Assembly (NCBI GenBank): GCA_945861645.1 | Contig: CAMAVZ010000013.1 | Location: forward strand, 1-52,345 | DNA length: 52,345 nucleotides | Direction: 5' to 3' | DNA from: Opitutus sp. GAS368 | GTDB lineage: Bacteria; Verrucomicrobiota; Verrucomicrobiia; Opitutales; Opitutaceae | Shown: positions 45,804-52,345 of the stretch, one piece after another | How positions within the stretch are numbered: position 1 is the first letter of the stretch | Layout: each line of letters begins with the position of its first letter | Notes under the pieces: model-generated | What the model saw: only the letters and a program-made list of their open reading frames with translations | Told to the model about the DNA's origin: nothing | The model's database searches: none | Translations under genes and position numbers: made by a program

Positions 45804-46628
45804 ATGTCCCCCGCTTCCTTAGATCACCTCTGCATTCATACCATCACCACTAAACCGTGGGCGATTGAGACATCCGCCGCCAAATTTGCCGCCGCGGGAG
45901 TGAAGGGCATCACTGTTTGGCGCAACACCCTAGCCGGTCGTGACATCACAAAAACGGGGCAACTAATCCGCGCCGAAGGCCTGTCGATTGTTTCTCTCTG
46001 CCGCGGCGGCTTCTTCCCCGCGGCCACCGCGGCCGATCGCGCGAAAGCACTCGATGATAATCGTCGCGCAATTGCCGAAGCTCATGCGCTCGGCGCGCCG
46101 CTCATCGTCCTCGTCTGCGGCGCGCTCCCCGGTCAATCACTGACCGAGTCTCGCCAGCAAATCCAAGAGGGTATCGCCGCGCTGCTGCCCGAATGCCAAG
46201 CCGCCAACGTGAAACTCGCGATCGAGCCACTCCACCCCATGTACGCGGATAGCCGCTCGGCGGTGAATACTCTCGGACAGGCTAACGATATGGTTGAGGC
46301 CATCCGCTCACCTTATGTCGGTGTCGCCGCCGATGCCTATCATCTGTGGTGGGACCCCGCGCTTGAATCCGAAATCGCTCGCTGCGGTCGGCTCCAAGCT
46401 CTCTTCGCCTTCCATGTTTGCGACTGGCGGACCCCCACCATCGACTTACTCAACGACCGCGGCCTCATGGGGGAAGGCTGCATTCCCCTTAAAAAAATTC
46501 GTTCATGGGTAGAAGCCACCGGCTTTCAAGGCTTCAACGAGGTCGAGGTCTTCAGCACTCGTCTCTGGGCCATGGACCAAGACGAATATCTTAAAAAAAT
46601 CCTCCAAGTCTACCAACAGCACGTCTAA
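45804..46628 (+). CDS. Sugar phosphate isomerase/epimerase (TIM barrel)
   Basis: SLCRGGFF, AIEPLHPMY, DAYHLWWD, HVCDW, DRGLMGEG, EVEVFS; ATG at 45804. Confidence 0.88.
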   Translation: MSPASLDHLCIHTITTKPWAIETSAAKFAAAGVKGITVWRNTLAGRDITKTGQLIRAEGLSIVSLCRGGFFPAATAADRAKALDDNRRAIAEAHALGAPLIVLVCGALPGQSLTESRQQIQEGIAALLPECQAANVKLAIEPLHPMYADSRSAVNTLGQANDMVEAIRSPYVGVAADAYHLWWDPALESEIARCGRLQALFAFHVCDWRTPTIDLLNDRGLMGEGCIPLKKIRSWVEATGFQGFNEVEVFSTRLWAMDQDEYLKKILQVYQQHV

Positions 46629-46686
46629 CACCGTGCCAACACTCCACCAGTTTCAACCGACATCACCGACCCTCTTTTTATAAAAT

Positions 46687-47835
46687 ATGAAAACTCACAA
46701 AATTGGCATCATCATGAACGGCGTCACCGGACGCATGGGCACGAATCAACATCTCATGCGCTCGATCAAAGCGATCATTGATCAAGGCGGCGTAAAGCTC
46801 TCTGACTCAGAGATCATCATGCCTGATCCGGTTCTCGTCGGACGCAGCGAAGAAAAGCTCAAAGCCCTCGCCGCCCGCGTTGGCGTCACTCGCGTCTCCA
46901 CTAATCTCGATGCCGAATTAGCGAAACCGGATAACCAAATTTACTTCGACTCCACCCTCACGGGTCAACGACCGACCGGCGTTCGTAAAGCTATCGCTGC
47001 AAAGAAACATATCTATTGCGAAAAGCCTAGCGCCACGACCGCCAGCGAAGCCCTCGCGCTCGCCAATGAAGTCACTGCCGCCGGACTCAAAAACGGTGTC
47101 GTCCAAGATAAACTCTGGCTCCCGGGCTTGCTGAAATTAAAGTACCTGATCGACACAGGATTCTTCGGAAAAATCCTCTCAGTCCGTGGGGAATTTGGCT
47201 ATTGGGTTTTCACGGGCGAGTACGAAAAACTCCAACGCCCTTCTTGGAACTACCGCAAAGAAGACGACGGCGGCATTATCGTCGATATGCTCTGCCACTG
47301 GCAGTATGTCATCCAAAACCTCTTCGGCGAAGTTAAGTCCCTAACCTGCCTCGGAGCCACCCATATTCCGACACGCTGGGATGAAGCCGGCAAACCCTAC
47401 CAATGCACGGCGGACGATTCCGCTTACGCAACCTTTGAACTCAAAAACGGCGTAGTCTGCCACTTCAACTCATCCTGGGATGTGCGCGTCGATCGCGATG
47501 ATCTCCTGACCCTGCAAGTAGACGGCACCCACGGCTCCGCGGTCGCCGGTCTCCGTGATTGCAAAGCGCAAGCGCTCGCGGCCACGCCGCGTTGCGTGTG
47601 GAACCCTGATATTGATAGCCCGATTAAATATAAAGACGGCTGGACCCGCGTTCCTGATCAAGGTCCCTACGACAACGCCTTCAAGGTTCAGTGGGAATTA
47701 TTCCTGAAGCACGTTGTCACCGGCAGTCCCTTCCCCTGGAGTCTTCATGAAGGCGCCAAGGGCGTTCAGCTGGCCGAACTTGGCCTCGCCTCTTGGGCCC
47801 AACGCAAGTGGGTCGATGTTCCGCCCCTGAAGTAA
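46687..47835 (+). CDS. Gfo/Idh/MocA-family oxidoreductase
   Basis: NGVTGRMG Rossmann, HIYCEKP, GG...DM..H. Confidence 0.9.
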   Translation: MKTHKIGIIMNGVTGRMGTNQHLMRSIKAIIDQGGVKLSDSEIIMPDPVLVGRSEEKLKALAARVGVTRVSTNLDAELAKPDNQIYFDSTLTGQRPTGVRKAIAAKKHIYCEKPSATTASEALALANEVTAAGLKNGVVQDKLWLPGLLKLKYLIDTGFFGKILSVRGEFGYWVFTGEYEKLQRPSWNYRKEDDGGIIVDMLCHWQYVIQNLFGEVKSLTCLGATHIPTRWDEAGKPYQCTADDSAYATFELKNGVVCHFNSSWDVRVDRDDLLTLQVDGTHGSAVAGLRDCKAQALAATPRCVWNPDIDSPIKYKDGWTRVPDQGPYDNAFKVQWELFLKHVVTGSPFPWSLHEGAKGVQLAELGLASWAQRKWVDVPPLK

Positions 47836-47908
47836 GGCTCAGCAGGCCGCTGGCTCATCGTTATGACCAACCCTCACTCATCACGCATAATCAATCACCT
47901 CTCCTCCC

Positions 47909-48688
47909 ATGTCTAAAATAGCCCTCGTCACTGGCGGTTCGCGCGGTATTGGATTCGGCATCGCAACCGCTCTCGCCGCCGAAAAATGGGATGTCATCAT
48001 CAACGGCGTTCGCCCTGAGGAAGCCATCGCGGAGCCGCTCGCCGCTCTGCGGTCCCACGGCGGGCGCGTCGGCTACGCCCGTGGTGATATGAGCAGCCCC
48101 GCCGGTCGCGCCGCAATCCACCAGGCCACGCGCGCGTTCCTTCCTCCCAACTCAACCCTCAACCTACTTGTCAATAATGCCGGCGTGGCCCCGAAAATTC
48201 GCGCCGACCTCCTCGAAACTTCCGAGGAGTCCTATGACTACGTCGTCGATACTAACCTGAAGGGAGTGTTTTTTCTCACGCAACTCTTCGCCCGAGATAT
48301 GGTCGCCGCCAAAAAAATTACCGCGAGCTTTAGCGGAGCCATCATCAACATCACGTCGATCTCCGCCACTGTCGTGAGTATTAACCGCGGAGAATATTGC
48401 ATCGCTAAAGCGGGCTTGAGTATGCTCTCACAACTTTTCGCCAGCCGACTCGGCGCGGAAAATATTCCTGTGTATGAAGTCCGCCCCGGAGTAATTAAAA
48501 CTGACATGACCTCAGGCGTCACCGCCAAGTATGATAAATTAATCGCGGAGGGCCTATGCGTGCAATCCCGCTGGGGGGTTCCCGACGATATCGGCCGCGC
48601 CGTCGCCGCCCTAGCCCGCGGTGATTTTCCTTTCAGCACCGGTCAGGTTATTATGGTCGACGGTGGCCTGACGATGCCTCGGCTATAA
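47909..48688 (+). CDS. Short-chain dehydrogenase/reductase
   Basis: TGGSRGIG, NNAG, S, YCIAK (YxxxK), RPG.I.TDM, TGQ.I.VDGG. Confidence 0.92.
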   Translation: MSKIALVTGGSRGIGFGIATALAAEKWDVIINGVRPEEAIAEPLAALRSHGGRVGYARGDMSSPAGRAAIHQATRAFLPPNSTLNLLVNNAGVAPKIRADLLETSEESYDYVVDTNLKGVFFLTQLFARDMVAAKKITASFSGAIINITSISATVVSINRGEYCIAKAGLSMLSQLFASRLGAENIPVYEVRPGVIKTDMTSGVTAKYDKLIAEGLCVQSRWGVPDDIGRAVAALARGDFPFSTGQVIMVDGGLTMPRL

Positions 48689-48807
48689 GACTTGGCAGGA
48701 TCTTCAATTAAGCGCAGAAAATTCATAATTAATTATCTCTGGAATAGCTGCTCAATTATGGAGGCCACTCGATCTAGTCATAATATTTATTTCAACCCCA
48801 CTACCCC

Positions 48808-49245
48808 ATGAAAATTAACTCCGCCTCGATCAAGTCTTTCATTTTAGCCCTAATCCTCGGGCTCAGCTCTGCGAGCGGCCCGTCCCTCGTGGCCGCCGAA
48901 ATAAACACCCCGATCGCAGCCAACCTCGCTGGCACTTTCTCCGGACGTTGGCTGGGCCAAAATGCAGTGGGCGGCGACCTACGCTTTAAATTCAGCCCAG
49001 GGACTGCTGCGCCCTGGACCGCTGAGGTGCTGTTTGTTTATGAAGGAACCGACGTCCACGCTAAGACCCAATCCGTTCAAATAGACGGCAACAAAGTTGA
49101 GGTGGTGATTGCTTGGGAAATTCAAGGCACCGCCGCCTCGACCACCCTAACAGGAATTCTGTCCGGGCAAGACATCGAAGGCACCTATAAGAGCACGGCC
49201 GCTGAAGAGCCAGCCACGGGTAAATGGAAAGTCTCCCGCGGTTAA
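48808..49245 (+). CDS. Hypothetical secreted beta-strand protein
   Basis: Sec-type signal peptide; G.W.G...G.Y......G.W beta-barrel-like pattern. Confidence 0.65.
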   Translation: MKINSASIKSFILALILGLSSASGPSLVAAEINTPIAANLAGTFSGRWLGQNAVGGDLRFKFSPGTAAPWTAEVLFVYEGTDVHAKTQSVQIDGNKVEVVIAWEIQGTAASTTLTGILSGQDIEGTYKSTAAEEPATGKWKVSRG

Positions 49246-49266
49246 TCTTGCCCAGAATTTATTCTG

Positions 49267-50688
49267 ATGAAAAAGCGGGTAGCGATTATCGGGGGAGGCC
49301 TCTCCGGCCTCTCCACCGCTGCTCACTTGCTGCTTGCCGCACCTGAGCATTATTCGATCGAACTATTTGAAGGCGCCCCTTTTCTCGGCGGCCAATGCGC
49401 CTCTTGGCTGGATGCTAAAGGTCGACCAGTAGAAACCGGCATCCACCTCGATTTCCCATGGTACCACAACAAGGACGCCCTATTTGCCGCAATCGGCCGC
49501 CCCCTACCGCTCAAGGAAACCGATGGGAATTATTATGTCTGCAATGGTGCGACTGGTAAAATCGACACTCTCTTAGCTGGAAAATCAGTCTTTAAAACTC
49601 TGCGCGGCTTAGCCACCTTCCCCGGCCTATCGCCACGCGAAAGATTGCAGCTCACGGGCTTAATTTGGCGGATCATGCGCATGGATGATCGCACGGCCGA
49701 ATCTTTCGATCACCTCTCGGTTGAGGAATTTCTCGACACCCAAAAAGCTAGCCCTGCCATCAAACACCAACTCGCCTTGGAAGCCGTCACGATCCAAGGA
49801 CTGCGCCCTGAAGATGCGAGCGCCGCCTCTTTTATTAAGTTCCTCCGCACGATGTACGGCAGCATGGGTAAATTCGATACTACTTTTTTTGGGGCCCCAT
49901 TGAGCGACGCTTTAATCAATCCGCTGGCTGAATTCATCATCTCACGCGGCGGTCAGATCCATCTTAGGCGCGCCGCTAAAGCCGTCACCCGGGGACCGGC
50001 AGGCTCCCTTCACCTCCTGACCTCCAATCAGCAGGTCGCTCAATTTGATCACGTAATCTTCGCCATCCCCGGCTATGCCGTGCCCCCGCTCCTACCAGTT
50101 GAGCTTCAGGCGCAGTCCCCTTTTGCTCCCCTCACCGGATTAAGCGAAACCCCCATCATCACCATAACGCTTTGGTATGACGCCCCCGTATTCCAAGACG
50201 GGAACGTTTATATCTCTCAACGGGATCGGACGCACGGCCCAATCTTTGATGCAGTCGCCGATAAAGCCCATCATTGGAAGGATTGGCCCGGTCTGAACAC
50301 CAAAGGCAGTATTCTGCAGGTCTTGATCGATGCAGCCGATGATGTCACCCACCTCACTGATGCAGAACTCATTGATCGGTCGCTCCAAGATTTAGCCCGC
50401 TTCTTTCCTCGCTGCGCGGGAAAAAAACCCATCGATGCAACAGTTCTGCGACTGAAGAATACTTATTGCGGTACCCGCCCTGGTTTCTGGTCACATATCC
50501 CGCGCCAACACCACACCGGCATCCCCGGCCTGTGGCTGGCCGGTGATTACACGGATGGAGTCTATCACTACGGCATGGAATCGGCCGTGATCTCAGGCAA
50601 AGCCGTGGCCAATAATATTCTCCAAGAGATTAATCACGCTGGGTTTGAAATTCTACACCCCGATTATTTGCCGTTTGTCCGCCCCTAG
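49267..50688 (+). CDS. FAD-dependent amine-oxidase-fold protein (phytoene/zeta-carotene desaturase/HpnE-like)
   Basis: IIGGGLSGL, E....LGG...SW.D..G..VETGIH, GG.I, LAGDYT...Y...MESAVISG..VA. Confidence 0.75.
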   Translation: MKKRVAIIGGGLSGLSTAAHLLLAAPEHYSIELFEGAPFLGGQCASWLDAKGRPVETGIHLDFPWYHNKDALFAAIGRPLPLKETDGNYYVCNGATGKIDTLLAGKSVFKTLRGLATFPGLSPRERLQLTGLIWRIMRMDDRTAESFDHLSVEEFLDTQKASPAIKHQLALEAVTIQGLRPEDASAASFIKFLRTMYGSMGKFDTTFFGAPLSDALINPLAEFIISRGGQIHLRRAAKAVTRGPAGSLHLLTSNQQVAQFDHVIFAIPGYAVPPLLPVELQAQSPFAPLTGLSETPIITITLWYDAPVFQDGNVYISQRDRTHGPIFDAVADKAHHWKDWPGLNTKGSILQVLIDAADDVTHLTDAELIDRSLQDLARFFPRCAGKKPIDATVLRLKNTYCGTRPGFWSHIPRQHHTGIPGLWLAGDYTDGVYHYGMESAVISGKAVANNILQEINHAGFEILHPDYLPFVRP

Positions 50689-50871
50689 TTGATCCGGAAA
50701 TTTATCGCACCCAGTGATCGCCGCGCCCCAGCGGAAACGGAACATAAGAATATTAAACCATAGAAAAGCTCTGCGTGCACTCGGTCACCCGCAGTAAGAC
50801 TGCTCATCACCCTCGCGAACTATCGATCGAATCCCCCCACCCCACCCGCCGAAAAATTCTTTAGACCTACC

Positions 50872-51627
50872 ATGCTATCACGTCTCTTTATCGCGCCATG
50901 GCTGCGTTTCATTTTAATTTTTACCGCGCCCGCTTGTCAATTTTCAGCCTGCGCGGCGAGCGAAACTCAGCCCACCAACGCCTCACCCTATTCGTTGGGA
51001 AAAAAAACGCCTGACGGCCTCGGCCTTTATTATTTTGGCCGCGAAATCGCCCACTACATGACACATGTAGGAGCCCCTTGGCTGGATCGCCCCGAACGCG
51101 CTGCCGAAGAACGCCCCGATCTTGTGCTGGCCGAGTTGGGCCTCAAGCCCGGTGATATCGTCGCCGACCTAGGCTGTGGTTCCGGTTATTTTAGCTGGCG
51201 CCTAGGACAGGCAGTGGCCCCGACCGGCCTCGTCTATGGAGTGGAGATACAGCCAGAAATGCTCGTCTTGCTCAAGGCTCAGATGAAAACTCGCAGGGTC
51301 AGCAACGTGATTGGCATTATTGGCACCCCAGAAAACCCGCAACTCCCCCAGCCCGTCGACTTGGCCATCATGGTTGATGTTTACCACGAATGTAGTCGCC
51401 CGGCCGAATACATCGCCGCCGTATGCCGCAGCCTAAAACCGGACGGTCGCTTGGTCTTGGTAGAGTATCGCCAAGAGGACCCCCAAGTCCCCATCAAGAC
51501 TCTGCATAAAATGACGGAAGCCCAAGTCAGACTTGAGATGACCGCGCAGCCCTTGGAATACGTAAAGACCATCCACTCGCTCCCGCGCCAACATCTGATC
51601 ATTTTCAAAAAGCGTACTACCTTATAA
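50872..51627 (+). CDS. Class I SAM-dependent methyltransferase with hydrophobic N-terminus
   Basis: VADLGCGSGY, VEIQ, MVDVYHE, LKPDG.LVLVEY. Confidence 0.9.
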   Translation: MLSRLFIAPWLRFILIFTAPACQFSACAASETQPTNASPYSLGKKTPDGLGLYYFGREIAHYMTHVGAPWLDRPERAAEERPDLVLAELGLKPGDIVADLGCGSGYFSWRLGQAVAPTGLVYGVEIQPEMLVLLKAQMKTRRVSNVIGIIGTPENPQLPQPVDLAIMVDVYHECSRPAEYIAAVCRSLKPDGRLVLVEYRQEDPQVPIKTLHKMTEAQVRLEMTAQPLEYVKTIHSLPRQHLIIFKKRTTL

Positions 51628-51675
51628 TATAATCGCGCAGGCTCGATAGAATCTGCCGAACAAATTTTAGGGCAT

Positions 51676-51711
51676 AAAAAAGGCCCGGCTCTTCTTTCGA
51701 AGAACCGGGCC
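51676..51711 (-). terminator. Rho-independent terminator of the rRNA operon
   Basis: Minus strand GGCCCGGTTCTTCGAAAGAAGAGCCGGGCC followed by TTTTTT, immediately after 5S. Confidence 0.85.
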
Positions 51712-51715
51712 ATAA

Positions 51716-51832
51716 ACCTGGCAACGACCTACTCTCGCGGGACCTAACGTCCTACTACCATTGGCTACGCGGGGCTTAACGGCCGTGTTCGGGATGGGAA
51801 CGGGTGGAACCCCCGGTATATGGTCACCAGGA
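51716..51832 (-). rRNA. rrf: 5S rRNA
   Basis: Reverse complement contains CCTGGTGACCATA...CCCGTTCCCATCCCGAACACGG...GAGAGTAGGTCGTTGCCAGG. Confidence 0.96.
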
Positions 51833-51923
51833 AACTTGTACTCCTTGCGGAGAAATTAAATAAAGCTCAGACAAACCGAGCTGCTTGTAAGCAGGTGAAA
51901 TAAACGCCTAAAAAACTGGTATC

Positions 51924-52345
<422 letters not shown>

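Overview
52.3-kb, gene-dense, moderately GC-rich bacterial chromosome segment, mostly core genome. Gene content and style suggest Verrucomicrobiota/Opitutae (inference, not searched). In order it holds: a partial REC-GGDEF gene coupled to a lone trpA; tRNA-His; DUF47+PiT phosphate transport; a SNF2 ATPase; a GT4/PlcP-like phosphoesterase/MGDG-synthase-like triad preceded by four 11-bp-phased Pho-box-like repeats; waaA; a deoxyhypusine-synthase-like gene; a HIT-phoH-ybeY-DUF502-recO-like-nuclease/DinG helicase run; PIN/TRAM; EVE-tyrA-aroA-cmk-plsC; trpS; a small sugar/sulfur block (hexapeptide protein, SIS isomerase, ROK kinase, TIM barrel, PhyH dioxygenase, core MetE-like protein); a type II secretion locus in two convergent halves with no gspG; a glycan catabolism block (2-hydroxyacid dehydrogenase, Tat-exported lyase-like protein, XRE-cupin regulator, GH88-like hydrolase, TIM barrel, Gfo/Idh/MocA, SDR); an orphan carotenoid-desaturase-like flavoprotein; a methyltransferase; and the 3' end of an rRNA operon (23S end, 5S, terminator) on the minus strand. 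No mobile elements or CRISPR arrays were seen. Best leads: the apparently Pho-regulated glycolipid remodelling operon, the putative unclassified lyase with its GH88/redox pathway, the PhyH+core-MetE pair, and the RecO-like/nuclease-DinG pair. All family calls come from motif recognition by eye; no database searches were run.
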